The translations under genes were made by a program, and so were the position numbers. Positions 25,279 through 37,419 of a stretch of 51,312 bases of DNA are shown one piece after another (position 1 is the first letter of the stretch; the number at the start of each line of letters is the position of its first letter). A model generated the notes under the pieces. It was given only the letters and a program-made list of their open reading frames with translations, had not been told where the DNA came from and made no database searches. This DNA is from Chara braunii (lineage: Eukaryota > Plantae > Charophyceae). The stretch spans positions 583,738-635,049 of the forward strand of contig BFEA01000023.1 of NCBI GenBank assembly GCA_003427395.1. The letters are read 5' to 3'.

Positions 25279-25770
25279 CGAGAAGAAGAAGAAGAAGAAG
25301 ACGGAACCCCCCATCCTCCCCCGAATACAATGCACCCTCAAGGTGACAGTATTACGACTGTATTGGTCCGGGTCTAGCATGTATACATTCTCGATTAGGG
25401 TGCATCGTGTTCAGGCGAAATGGTAGTGAATATGCTTCCATCAAAGTGGAACAGCACCCCCACCTCAAGTCCTGTTTAGCAGTCACTCACCAGCTCAGCT
25501 CCGTGCGCAGGATGATGCATAGGAGTCGAGAGACCTGCCGCCAAACAATTATTACAAAAAAAGAACACAGTTCACACTTCGTACAGAAGTTATCACGTCA
25601 TGTAAGGAAAAAAGTTGTGCAGGACATACTGTGTCCGCCTCTTCACAGAGAATTCAATTTCATTGAGCCCATGTTGGAGACAATCCAATAAGATACTGAG
25701 ATCGTCAATGAAAATGAATGGGATTAGCTTCAAAAAACGCACGTACGTGCATGTACGAAGCAGTCGGGCT

Positions 25771-25908
25771 TCACCTTCTGACCCGAGAGCTGGTAATGGC
25801 CACCCATGAGACAGTGAAGGCACCAAGAACAGCAGACAAAGTTGTGATCGTAACTACCGCCCACTCATGTTCCCTCTTCCCTGCTGGCACTCTCCAGCAC
25901 ACATGGTT

Positions 25909-25942
<34 letters not shown>

Positions 25943-26502
25943 TCCTCCTCCTCCTCTTCATGTTGTGTCCCTTCCCAATCCCCTATTTCCCACCCTTGGA
26001 TGTTGCAAGGCTTCTGACTTCCTACCCAACACCCTGCCTGATTGCCGCTCGGGACATCCTTATCTGAATCATTAACCAAGCCTGCTTTATGTTTGGTGTT
26101 TTCACGATCATTCTCATCGACATCACGAGCCGTGTCGGAACTCCTGGTTCTTCCCAACAAGTGAGAGGCACATACTCTCTCTCCTGAAGCATAGTCTGTG
26201 TTACCACTCACTTCTCCGTGAGCAAAACAGCGACAAGCTGTGCTTTCGGCACTGTTCTCTTTCCGTCTTTGCTGCTGTCGTCCTTGACAATTACACTTCC
26301 GACGCAAGAGGACTTTAGGAGGAGCGAGCCGAAAATGGGAGTAACCGCAGCTCTCATCAACTTCCGTTCCAAAAACCGCGTTCCAAATGCATCCAATCAG
26401 CTGTCCTTTCTTCGTTGCGTTTGATGCAGTCATTTGACGGCTCTCCAGCTGAGCTGCGACCTTGCCTGCATCCGCCGTGCTGTCATTCTTATGCAAAAGC
26501 GG
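25771..26502 (-). CDS. PIGX: PIG-X/PBN1-like protein, exon 5 (last; C-terminal transmembrane helix)
   Basis: TTTCAG acceptor, phase 0; GYSHFRLAPPKVLL and WRVPAGKREHEWAVVTITTLSAVLGAFTVSWVAI match the PIG-X W-x-V-P-x-G + TM C-terminus. Confidence 0.85.
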
Positions 26503-26705
26503 CTGAAAAGCATCCAAGAAACCAAAATGAAATTTCAAAAGGAAAAGTAAAGAAAGTCAGCAAATCCATTTTGAAACAATGCACTCTTAGGGTATACTGA
26601 GTATACTCACACTGGGACTTTCCTGGATGTATCTGATCATCATGGCACCGTAACTTCAGTTGCCAAAGGCCTAGTGAGAGCATATATGCCCTTGTGAAGG
26701 CTTAA

Positions 26706-26853
26706 AGCACCAGTACATGCCAGGTATCAGCCGTGGGCCCCTTTCGGAGGCCGCCTACCGCCGACTCATTTTATCTACGGTGCTCGGCCTCCTGAATTTC
26801 CGGAGAGGCTCAAAACAGGTTCTCCAGTTGCCCGGGGGCATGTACTGGTGGTT
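26706..26853. mobile_element. ~148-bp TTAA-flanked MITE in intron 4
   Basis: Perfect 14-bp IR CACCAGTACATGCC (26708-26721) / GGCATGTACTGGTG (26837-26850); TTAA at 26702 and 26854. Confidence 0.6.
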
Positions 26854-27238
26854 TTAAAATTAAAAGATTGACAGAACCGTGGCCGTAGCCTCGCCAGCCG
26901 GAATCTCATGGCCAAATGATGCGTCCACAGAACCATTGACCTACAGGCTACAGGTTATGAGCTCAAATCCTTCACAACTTCACACAACTTTTGAGACCTA
27001 AGCTGGCATCGGAGAAATGGAGAAAGAAAAGGGGAAAGAAAAAAAGGGGAAAAAAGGGGGGGAAAGGGGAAAAAAGGGGAAAAAGGGGGAAAAAAGGGGG
27101 GAAAAAAGGGAAAAAAAGGGGGGGAAAAAACAAAACTCAACCAAGTCTGTACACCACAGCAGCACAAGAAGTGGACAGGATAGACCGATTGCATTTGCCC
27201 AGGGCATCTCGATGGGTGAGACTGATTGAGAAACTCAC

Positions 27239-27573
27239 CGCATATCGTGCATGCACTGGAAAGGCCACATGTGCCTGCAGTCGATGGCAGTGGCTGTCAT
27301 TACCGGAACCTTGGCGGAAATTCACAGTCGTAGGGGCTCTGTTGTAACACCAGCTTGGAGGGCAGGGGCATGTTGGTCCCTCTGCGCCGTCAATCTCCAT
27401 CCTCGCTTGTTTTTCCAGATAATGGCACCCTTTGCGTCGGTTTTCTTGGCCAGAGTCTTCAGGGCGAATCTCCGCTGGTGTCAGGTCCATGGTCACAACA
27501 ACGATCGACTGGCTGCATAGTGGAGCTGGCTGCTCAATGTCTACAGCTCCATAGATGTCTACAGGGGGCAGCA
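27239..27573 (-). CDS. PIGX: PIG-X/PBN1-like protein, exon 4
   Basis: TTGCAG acceptor (phase 1), GTGAGT donor; IYGAVDIEQPA and FPVHARY match PIG-X G-x-x-[DN]-[LI]-E-x-P and P-[LV]-H-x-R-Y motifs. Confidence 0.88.
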
Positions 27574-27622
27574 CTGCAACATCATCATACATGTTTCACA
27601 GGGACAACATCGCTCAACCTGT

Positions 27623-28010
27623 CAGTAACAGTAAGAGCAAATGTAACAGCAAGTAAGAGTAACAACTGTGAGTAACATTAAGTAGCAGCTAGTAAAAGTA
27701 ACAGGAAGTAACCGAGATGCATCTAGTGCTGGATGAAAACTAATTCCAAACCCCCTCAGGGCCTGAAAGGTCGAGGAGGCAGATGCCAAACAGAAAGAAA
27801 AAAAGAAAAACAAAGAGTGAGAGTAACAGTAAGTAACAGTAACAGTAACAGTAACAGTAACAGTAACAGTAAACCAGGGTAACAGAGTATGAGTACCAGA
27901 GTACCCAGTAAGAGTGAGAGTAATGGGAAGAGTAACAGAGTGAGAGTAACAGTAAGTGCAAAAGCGTGAGGGTAATGATAAGAGTAACGGAGTAAGAGAA
28001 ACAGTAAGAC
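27623..28010. repeat. (AGTAAC / AGTAACAGTAAG)n minisatellite, left block
   Basis: Directly visible. Confidence 0.8.
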
Positions 28011-28957
28011 TAATTGTAACGCGCGGCTTTAGGCCTCAGCAGGTAGGCCTCCACCTTGGGCCAGCCAGAAAAATTGTGCCCAGCCCTTAGTGAAGGCCGC
28101 AGCAGAAAAAGGGGTCCGCCAGCTCTGAGTGAAGGCTGGCATGAGACAGTTGGAAGGAAGGCTGGGTACAGCGTCTGCAATTAACCAGTAGGCCCAGCCT
28201 CCAGGTTAGTCGCAGAGACTGGGGCCCTGGTACACAGTCCGGACTTTTCTCTGGGCCTGGTACACAGTCCAGTCGTTTCTTTGGGCCTGGTACTATGTCC
28301 GGAAGTTTCTCAGCCTGGGAAGAACCCAGTCCCAGTCAGGCAGTCACGGCCTCCAGGAAGTAACAAAAGGGAGGAGGCCGCAGCATTCCACACATTGGGA
28401 GGCACTGGCTGCCAGCACTCGCTCTGGGGAGAGCACACGTGGCCAGGCCATGGCTCCTTGCAGAAGGGAGAGGAGCAGCCACGGCTTATAGCTACACTGC
28501 CCAGCGGCAGCCATAGATATGCTAAGATGGAAGGAGGAGGGTGGTGCTGTAGCTGGGGTGATCAGGGGAGAAGGACAGTGGTGGAACAGGAGGACTTTCC
28601 TGGCGATAATCAAAGAGCACGCTTGTGGTGGTCAGACTCTGCAGCAGCATTGGTAGGTGAGAGGAGTGTACGGCAGGAGTGAGTACGAGGCAAAGAAGTC
28701 GACTGCGTATAGAGAGAGGGTAGCCAGAGTAGTATAGGCGGCCACTTCATAGTAGAGCTGCTACATTGTGGTTGTATTGATGAGTGCAGGCAGGAAGTTG
28801 GGCTTTGTTTATCAAAATACTTCAGTGCCAGTGTGTTCTAATTTAGTGTGCTCTCGGCTTTGTAATTCTGCTTTTGACTTTGCTCGTGCATGGCTGTTCA
28901 AATTTAAGTCTTTTGCTGCTCGGAAATTTTGTGTTCCCATTGATTGCTTCCTTGCAG

Positions 28958-29270
28958 CAAGAGTAACAGGGCAAGAGTGCCAGAAAGAGTAACAGTAAGA
29001 GTAACAGTAAGAGTAACAGTAAGAGTAACAGCGGTAAACAGTAAGAGTCGCAGAGGTAAGAGTAACAGTAAGAGTAGCAGTGAGAGCAGCAGTGAGAGTA
29101 ACAAGAAGAGTAACGGGAAGAATACAGGAAGAGTAACAGGAAGAGTAACAGGAAGAGTAACAGGAAGAGTAACAGTAAGAGTATCAGTAAGGGTAACAGT
29201 AAGAGTAACAGTAAGGGTAACAGGAAGAGTAACAGGAAGAGTAACAGTGGTAAGAGTAGCAGTAACAGCA
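28958..29270. repeat. (AGTAACAG(T/G)AAG)n 12-bp minisatellite, right block
   Basis: Directly visible. Confidence 0.9.
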
Positions 29271-29897
29271 ACTAGCTGCTGCAAAGAATAAGGCTGAGTT
29301 CGAAAGATAGACTGCGCACCATAAAGAGCAGGATCATATGCAGGCAAAAGTACTACTCTCTAGTTGGACTGATTGGTCATCCTAGCAGCTAACGCAAGCC
29401 GAACTCCTCTCCTCTCCTCTCCTCTCCTCTCCTCTCCTCTCCTCTCCTCTCCTCCACTGTACTCCACTCTGCTCCACTGTACTCCAATCTACTACATTCT
29501 ACTCCACTGTACTCCACTCTACTCCCCTCTCCTCCACTCCACCGTCAGGAGTCACTGTCAGAATCCCGGGAGGGTCACTGATGATTCCGCAAGAAGACAA
29601 AAGAAGACATATGCCTACAAAATGTAATTGGGTGGATGATGAATCTACTGCAGAGAGCGCATGGCCCTCAGAACCATTTGCAATACCACCCCTCACCCCT
29701 CCAGGCTGCGCACATACTGCATCCCAAGAGTCAGGCTATGTCTGCTTCGCTTCCTCTCGGTGACTGATTCGACAAGTCGAAACAGGGAAAAACTGCTAAT
29801 AAGACCATCTACCTGCATGGCAAGAAGACAGAAAGAGTCCTGCCTGCCCAATGCAACCAAAAGGATGACGACAAAAGGTCCGTGTGGAAGGGGGGGA

Positions 29898-30006
29898 ATC
29901 CGCATTGAAAAAAATGAGATAAAGTTTCCAAACGATTGTCCAGAGCTTGAATCAAATGCCTAGTGGCACGACCGAAGCGGACGATCATAAAATTTCCCCC
30001 CCTTCA
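29898..30006 (+). pseudogene. nad7: Degenerate mitochondrial nad7 fragment (NUMT-like) in PIG-X intron 3
   Basis: Reads IRIE(frameshift)MR*SFQTIVQSLNQMPSGTTEADDHKISPPS, matching nad7 [30 protein letters not shown]; shares GCTTGAATCAAATGCCTA with 40224-40242. Confidence 0.75.
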
Positions 30007-30697
30007 TCTGCAGAAAGCGAATGGCTGCGGGAAACATTCGCAATCTCACCCCTCCAGACAGTGCGCAGACTGTATGCCGAGAGTCATGCCAGTTCTGGTA
30101 TGCGTCCTCTCTGCAACTGATTGGTCCTTGAAACAATGACAATGCAAACACGATCAGCTTCCCACTCAAACGAACGGCGCAGTATACACATTGTTGTCGT
30201 TAGAGAGGGAAATCGATATGTTGCCCATTGCCCAGTAGAGGGAAGATGGACAAAACCGTGGTTTGGTTCCGTTGATTGACGACACACCACATCACGTCCA
30301 TACAAGCTTTTGATGTTGAACGGCGGAGCGATATGCAACGACTTGCTGTTTTCTGGTCGTCTGTAGCCTCTCTTTGTCGAGGCTGTACTATAGGTAGGAT
30401 AGAATCATAACAACAGATATGTCTGCCACTGGAGAGTAACTAGATAGAATGGCTTGGTTACGTTGCTTGACGACATGCCACCTCATGTATACACTAGCTT
30501 TCCATGTTAAGGAATAGGTGTTATGCACCCCCGTGAAGAGAGAAATATAAGACAGTGGTTTGGATGTTCAATTGATTAATTACATGCCACCTTATCTATA
30601 TAAGTTTTTTGTGGGAAGAGAGCGATATCTGCACCAGCAGAGACAGAAAACTAGACAGATCAGTTTGGTTTCGCGGATTGATAAGACGCCACCTCAC

Positions 30698-31433
30698 CTT
30701 TATCGTTCATCATTCGCCAGACTTCAAACTTGTCAGCATAAGCATTCCGCGGAAGAGACTGCACAAATGCCACCTCCCATCCATCTCCTCCTTCAGAGGG
30801 ATCGCACTTATCTTTAGCTTCTCCATTCCTTGTAAGACGATCTAACGCCTTTTCAAAAGCCACCTTTAGATGAAGCACCCGATGCGCTCCTGACCCCATC
30901 AGCTCCTGAGATAACTCCACAAGCATCCAGCCGTGACTGGTGGTGCCGCACACGGCGCCGCCATCTCCTTCCATCAAGGAGGTAGCAGCAATAGCAGCAG
31001 CAGCACCACCAGCACCACTACCATGAACCTGCATTGGGATTTCCAAATCCAGCGTCTGCTTCCGTGCAGCGTCAGCGCTTGTCCTTTCTCCTCCTTGTCC
31101 CGCTCCGATCTCCTCACCTGTCGTCGCAAAGAGACGAAACCCAGAGCCACGGGGTCTCTTTACCGGCACATAAATGCTGTCAGCCGCTGAGCACTGCTGC
31201 TCAGCGCTCTTCGCATCCATCCCTACATGACTATCTGGTTTGGCCTCCTTCATGCGGCTTGGCTTTACGCCCCCATCTGACTCACCAGGCGACCCTTCTG
31301 CATGCTTTCCACTATCGTACACGCTGGAGCGCAATCCATAGCCAGCTTCATCATACTGAACTGTTATATGCCTGACCATGCCATTTTTTGCAGACCACTG
31401 CTTGAGTTCAAATGTAAGTTGCCGCTTCTTAAC
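30698..31433 (-). CDS. PIGX: PIG-X/PBN1-like protein, exon 3
   Basis: ATGCAG acceptor (phase 0), GTGAGG donor (phase 1); ELMGSGAHRVL and QSLPRNAYADKFE match PIG-X G-x-H-R-x-L and LP...[FY]AD.FE motifs. Confidence 0.85.
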
Positions 31434-31737
31434 CTGCATTCAAGCAGACATAACCAAGCAGTGCAAGCAGCCGCATAGCCAGACGAAGGAAAAGCAGCAA
31501 AAGAAGAGCAAGGGTCACTCACTAGTACTGGGACAGAAGTGCCCTTTGGGACATCACAACCATAAAATTGGACATGGGAAGAGGATTAGCATGGCCTGAA
31601 AAAAAAAAAAAAAAAAAAAAAAAAAGGACTCGCATGGCCTCCATGCATTCAAGGATTACAGGCATAAATCAGAATTTTTTTTTTAAAGAGAAAAAAAAAG
31701 CAATGGTGTCAGCCTCCAAATAGCAAGATTGTGGCTA

Positions 31738-31842
31738 CCGTCTCCACCCGAATAGAACGCCCGGTAATTATCGCCGTATCTGGGTTGAAAGTTGTGCCAA
31801 ATACAGCTATAATGACCGGGCGTTCTATTCGGGTGAAGACGG
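31738..31842. mobile_element. 105-bp fold-back MITE (pogo/Tc2-like CCGT...ACGG ends)
   Basis: CCGTCTCCACCCGAATAGAACGCCCGGTAATTAT vs ATAATGACCGGGCGTTCTATTCGGGTGAAGACGG; TA on left flank, AA on right. Confidence 0.7.
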
Positions 31843-33622
31843 AAGTCCTTCCCGTCGGGCCTGGCTGGCTTTGGTGCCAAGATGCTAGAACAGTGAGAAT
31901 AGGAGAAGCCATAGCCCCAGAACAAGGCTGCATTTTTTGTTTAGAATACACGGTCGGGGGTTCAACCAAGGGCTGGATGTTCCCAGTGACCCCCTTTCAC
32001 GACGAGCTCGAGTCTTCCAATCAGGTTCTTTACAACTAGTATCTTCAACGACGTTGAAGTAGTTGTGATCGTCTGGTTGTGAGTTCTACAACGTCTCATT
32101 TATTTGCATGCTGACTGTACAAATAAGCAGTCGATATGGTGGTTCCACTAATGGTTAATAGGTGGTGTCATTTTCGGCGAATTTTTCACCGAAACTGCCA
32201 TATTTCTCTGAATTTTTTATTTTTTTCTTGTTTCTTTTTTTGTGTGATATCTATATGCTTTAGGGTATATCTGTATTCAGTTTCAACGTAATTGGACCAG
32301 TAACAAAAAAGTTGGCAAAAACACCGAATTCAGAGAAACATTTGGCGAATTCCGAAAGCTACTCCGAATAGGGTTTTATAGTGTTTTTTTTTTTTTTTTT
32401 TTTNTTTTTTTTTTGGCCTGTTTGTTCTTTTGATGTTTGTATTATGACCCTGCATTGTTTGTTCGCGAAATGTTTGAGGACATTGTTTGTGGTGATGCGG
32501 CGAAAACCCCCGAATTTTGGGCCTTCCATTAACCATCTCTCGGTGGTTCCGATGGTCGCCCCCCCAAAAAATGTTAAAAAGAAAATAGACGCAAGGTAAA
32601 ATTGTATATCAAAACAAACATCCGGCATCATCAAAACGGATAGGCCTCAAAACTTCAATCTGATTTGCACAGCCTTGCTGAAGTGCCCTCCGAACCGCGA
32701 GAAATAGTTGCCCATTACACTGCTCAATAACTCCGCTCGCTTTGAGTCCTCTTACCTATTTGGCAAAGGGACCGCTTCGCAAAAGGGTTTTGCAACTTGG
32801 TATATGGATGCAAAATTTTCCCTCTGCTCTCCCTGTCATCTTTGATTTGCTGCACTCACTGCACTGCTATTAGGTTTAGGGGAGTCCAGCCTCTCACGCA
32901 CGGCAGGAACGCAAGTCACCGCTCATCATGTCGTAAAACCAAGAAGGCAGGTGTTCTCATCCGTTCTGCTTTGCAACCGATGTGCAGCTCATTCACATGT
33001 AGGGGGACAAGGGACTGACTGATTTGGCCAGCTGATAGGCAGAAGGGACCGACCGGTTTGTGCAGCTCAGGAGTCCACGACACGACTCCCCAATTGTTTC
33101 CAGTCTGCACTTGTGTCGCTTGGATAGGGAGGGCATAACTCTTCTCTACATCGCTGGGGGCATACCTTCAAGAGAGAGGAAATGCAAACGACGAAGGGGG
33201 AGGGGGGGGGAGGGGGGAGAGCAAGGGAGGGAGCGGAAAACTGGGATCAGATAACAAGAATGCCGAATGAAGGAATCTGATAGAGAGGGTGTGTGAGGGA
33301 GCGGAGGGACATCACAGACAGGCATGCAGATTGGAGAACAGAAGGAGACTAACAAACAGCCAACAAGAATGGACGGACGGATCACCATGAATGAACAAAT
33401 GAAGGAATTGAACCTCAACACATCTGACTGACCGTGTGTGCTTGCTGCCGTTATGCGATCTCCCTCCCTCCCTCCCTCCCTCCATCCATCCATCCCTTGA
33501 CAAAGCTCCGCCAGCATCATAAGTTCCTTCCCTGAATCACATGACATGTCTGTTGTGCCATAGCCCAAAAGAAAGTGACCGAGATGCCAAATATAGATGA
33601 GACAAAATACACAGACACAGAC

Positions 33623-34842
33623 CTTCCAGTGCAGTTTAGACGCATTTGGCTGATTCCACAAGTTCGCAGCAGACCTGATCTCCTCCCGCAGAGCGGAGAA
33701 GACACCTGTGGTCTCCTCCTTCCCCTTGGTCCAGCAGCTGTGCTGACTGCTCTTCTCTTCTCCACGACTCTGCAGCGGTTCTATGGATTGAAAGAAGGAG
33801 CCCAGAGGATAAGCAGCAGCGACCAGTTCATCGCTGATGTCCATTCGCTTGACTCTATCCGATGCTGATTCATTGGACGATGACGAGCAATCAACAGGCT
33901 GAGAGAGGTCTGTCCTCCCACACCTTGTCAGCTTCTTCGCACACAGATGAGTAGGGGGGTTGCAGACAACACCTTCAGCAAACCATACACCTGTGTGGGT
34001 GCTCCCACGGTTGCTTTTGCCGCTATCACCACCATGACAAACGCCTTTCTCCTCCTCCTCCTCCTCCTCCTCCTCCTCCTCCTCCTCCTCCTCCTCCTTT
34101 GCACCATCCCTCCTCCCATCTCCCCGATCCTTCTGCATTCCATCACCATTACGCCGTGATAACCTTGGATTCAATCGCAATTGCCTTCCCGACCGTTGGA
34201 TTGGCTCTGATCCGTGGCTCCAGCATCCGACGTGTGCAGCTCGCAGCACCGGAGGAACATCGGCAGCAAGCCAGGTTGTCGCTGCAAGTGGTGCCGAAAA
34301 GACACAGCCCTCTGCCGCTTCAGGCGATGCTGTCAATCCGACGTCCATCATTCCCCTTCGTCCGGTTTCTCCCAAGGCCTCAGCCTTTTCATTCCTTGCC
34401 GCCATCCGGTCATCATCCTCCCCCTCACCTGGAGGACACTTGTCCCTCCTTCCCCTTTCCTTCGGATAAACAGTGGTGGTACGACTGTCATCAGCAAGAT
34501 GACTGTTGCGAGAGCCGTCATCATCGCGACTCGGCCTCGTCGTGATCATTGCTGCTTGCAAGGGACAATCTACAGGGGCTAGCCGGAACAGCTGCCAGAA
34601 GACCCTGCATAAGTACAAGGATACAGAGATCCACACGTCGTTCTCCGGAGACCGGCCAATCGTTCCCGCTCCTTTTGCAGTCAAAGTCATCCGCTCTGCG
34701 AGCCAGCTTCCGTCTTTCCTCCTGGCGTTTACTTCTCCCGGTGATGCTGAAGTTCCTGAGCCTTTTCGCCCGTCGTCGACTGCGCCGTCACCCGTTTCTC
34801 TTCTTCCTCCTCCTCCTCCACCTCCTCCTCCTCCTCCTCCTC

Positions 34843-34874
<32 letters not shown>

Positions 34875-34930
34875 CGCCCTCCTTCCTGGATATGGACAAC
34901 CAGCTCAACTCCCAAGCCATCTGCAGAAAA
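33623..34930 (-). CDS. PIGX: PIG-X/PBN1-like protein, exon 2 (N-terminal extension)
   Basis: 1.3-kb open frame; CAG acceptor (phase 0, exact site uncertain); AAG|GTCTGT donor phase-compatible with exon 3. Confidence 0.65.
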
Positions 34931-35417
34931 CTGCCCTGCCACAACGCAACCCGCCGCCCATCAAATGCATCGCACAAGACAATCGTACACATCAGATACA
35001 TACACTCGACACCAGTGCAAGCTGTTAGAATGTGGTTTTCCCGTAGATCTATTAAAAATAATAATAAGAATAAGAATAAGAATAAGAATGGGCCTTTTTT
35101 ACACAATTTTTTCAGAGACGTGAACGTGCTTTTTGCAAAGGCAAAAACAGTTATGTGTGGTCTCCGACTTGATGGATCATACCATGTTCTGGCGATGGGG
35201 AATGCAGGCCGGAGATGTACTGGATCATATGGACCAGACATTTCTTTTCTTGTCTTGTCTTGTCTTATCTTTACTTCTGTCTGAAAAGACAACGGCCTTG
35301 GAATATTATCAAAAGTTTTTTCTTTCTGATTGGCCCAAATCAATCATTTTTGCCATGTTCTGGCATTCATGTTGTGTCCGCAGGCATGTTTACAGGTTTG
35401 TCCACAGGTCAGGTTTG

Positions 35418-35451
<34 letters not shown>

Positions 35452-35569
35452 AGAAGAAGAAGAAGAAGAAGAAGAATAGTTGAAACAGTGGCCAACTGCC
35501 TTTCGTACACGCTTCGTCAGCTCTTCAATACATAGCCACGCGTACTCATCTCAGCTCACGCGCACAATC

Positions 35570-35750
35570 CAGCAGCAGCAGCAGCAGCAGCAGCAGGAGG
35601 AGGAGGAGGAGGAGGAGGAGGAGGAGGAGGAGGAAGAAGAGAAACGGGTGACGGCGCAGTCGACGACGGGCGAAAAGGCTCAGGAACTTCAGCATCGCCG
35701 GGAGAAGCAAACACCAGGAGGAAAGACAAGCTGGCTCGCAGAGCGAATGA
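35570..35750 (+). repeat. Inverted duplicate of part of exon 2 (34687-34875) inside intron 1
   Basis: Reverse complement of the exon segment with a few substitutions and a 2-nt deletion. Confidence 0.9.
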
Positions 35751-36588
35751 AGAAGAAGAAGAAGAAGAAGAAGAAAAAGAAGAATTTAAATAGTATTGAA
35801 TTGAACCATGTTCAACCATACAAATCCAAGACAACATAGAAGAAGAAGATGACGAAGAAGAAGATGACGAAGAAGAAGACGACGACGAAGATGACGAAGA
35901 AGATAAAGATGACGAAGAAGAAGACGATGACGACGAGGCCGACCGCTATGCGTCCATGTTCAACCATAGAAAGCCAAGACAACATCCTGACTGACATACA
36001 TGCTCAACGCGCACATTCCCCGAGGCGCGTTTCGCCTGGTTGCGCACCTGGACTTGTCAAGGGGCTTGCCACACTCCCGCATCCACCAAACGAACCACCT
36101 GAGCACGAAGAAGTGACTTGACAATCATAAACCACACACACCGACAGACAGCTAATGCCGCCAATCAACAAGAAGAAGAAGAAGAAAGAGAAGAAGAAGA
36201 AGAAGAAAGAGAAGAAGAAGAAGAAGAAGAAGAAGAAGAAGAAGAGGAGGAGAAGAAGAAGACGAAGAAGAAGAATAGGGAACAGGGAGGCAACGACAAT
36301 CGTCCACATATGCAGAAATGTTAACATTGCAGCACCTGCACAGACTGAGAATCCATAGCTCTCAACGAGCTCGACGACGACGAAGAAGAAGAAGAAGAAG
36401 GAGAAGAAGAAGGAGAAGAAGAAGAAGAAGAAGAAGAAGAAGAAGAAACTAGACTGCGAACACGTAAAAGTAGGGAGAGCGGTAAAACAAGAGGGAGGAG
36501 GACAAGGAAAAGAAGGGATGGAGGGGAACAAAACGGAGGAGGGAGTGGGGGTGAGGTAGCGGGGGAGGAGGAGGGGGAGAAATTATAC

Positions 36589-37419
36589 GTTGCCTATCAA
36601 CGACGAGGGCATCCAACTGAACGCGAAATGCAGAGCCGCAACACTCTCGCTTGGAGCAATGACGTCATCCTTATCCTCTGTTGATGTGGCATTGCTGCAA
36701 TAGGGCAGATTCTGCCAGTCAAGAGGGGGAGAAGAATATGTCTCTTCCGCCTGATTACCTCTTCCCTCTCCCATCTCCATCTCCATCCCCTCCTGCTCCC
36801 GACTCCCCGTATCATCAGACACCGGAGGAAGGATCCACGACTCAACTCTCGCTAGAAATTTCCCCCGGACACGCTTTTTCCCGCGCTTGGCGCACACTGC
36901 GCGCCATTCTTCCCGCCACCGATTGCCAGCTGTCCCGGCCTCCGCAGCAGCAGAGGCGAGTTGGCCTTGATCTTGCTCATGATCTTGCTCTTGCTCTTGA
37001 TCTTGATCTTGATCTTGATTACCTCCCGCGTGATCTTTCTCCAGATTCGCTTCAAATGTGGAGAACGATGATTGACCCTCCGATTGACCCTTCGATTGAC
37101 CCTCCCATTGACCCTCCGATTGACCCTCCGATCGTCCATCAGCGTACCCTGCGAGGTCGGAAGAAGGAGAATGTCGAACAGCCCTCCTCCCTTCCACGTC
37201 AAGCTGCACAGAATGACTGCTTTCGAGGCTTTGCCACGTCGACGATCCATCGCTACCCTTGATCTTACACAAGGACGAAGATGATGATGGATCCCAACCC
37301 CTGGTCCTCCATGCCTCCGCCGCTCCAGACCCCTCAGAAGTATAGGTGCCAATCACGAGTTCAAAGACTGTCAAAATTCCTAGAAACAAGCGACCCTTTC
37401 CCGCCCAATCGGCAGCCAT
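36589..37419 (-). CDS. PIGX: PIG-X/PBN1-like protein, exon 1 (signal peptide)
   Basis: ATG at 37419 gives MAADWAGKGRLFLGILTVFELVIG (hydrophobic signal-like); open for 277 codons; AAC|GTATAA donor, phase 0. Confidence 0.65.

Noticed and set aside
28015-28764. Possible LTR (TGTAAC...GCTACA) between the two AGTAAC satellite blocks
   Set aside because: No TSD, PBS or PPT found; boundaries unsupported.
33146-33622. 3' part of the 598-aa ORF as coding sequence
   Set aside because: Lies past a phase-compatible GT donor and reads like intron.
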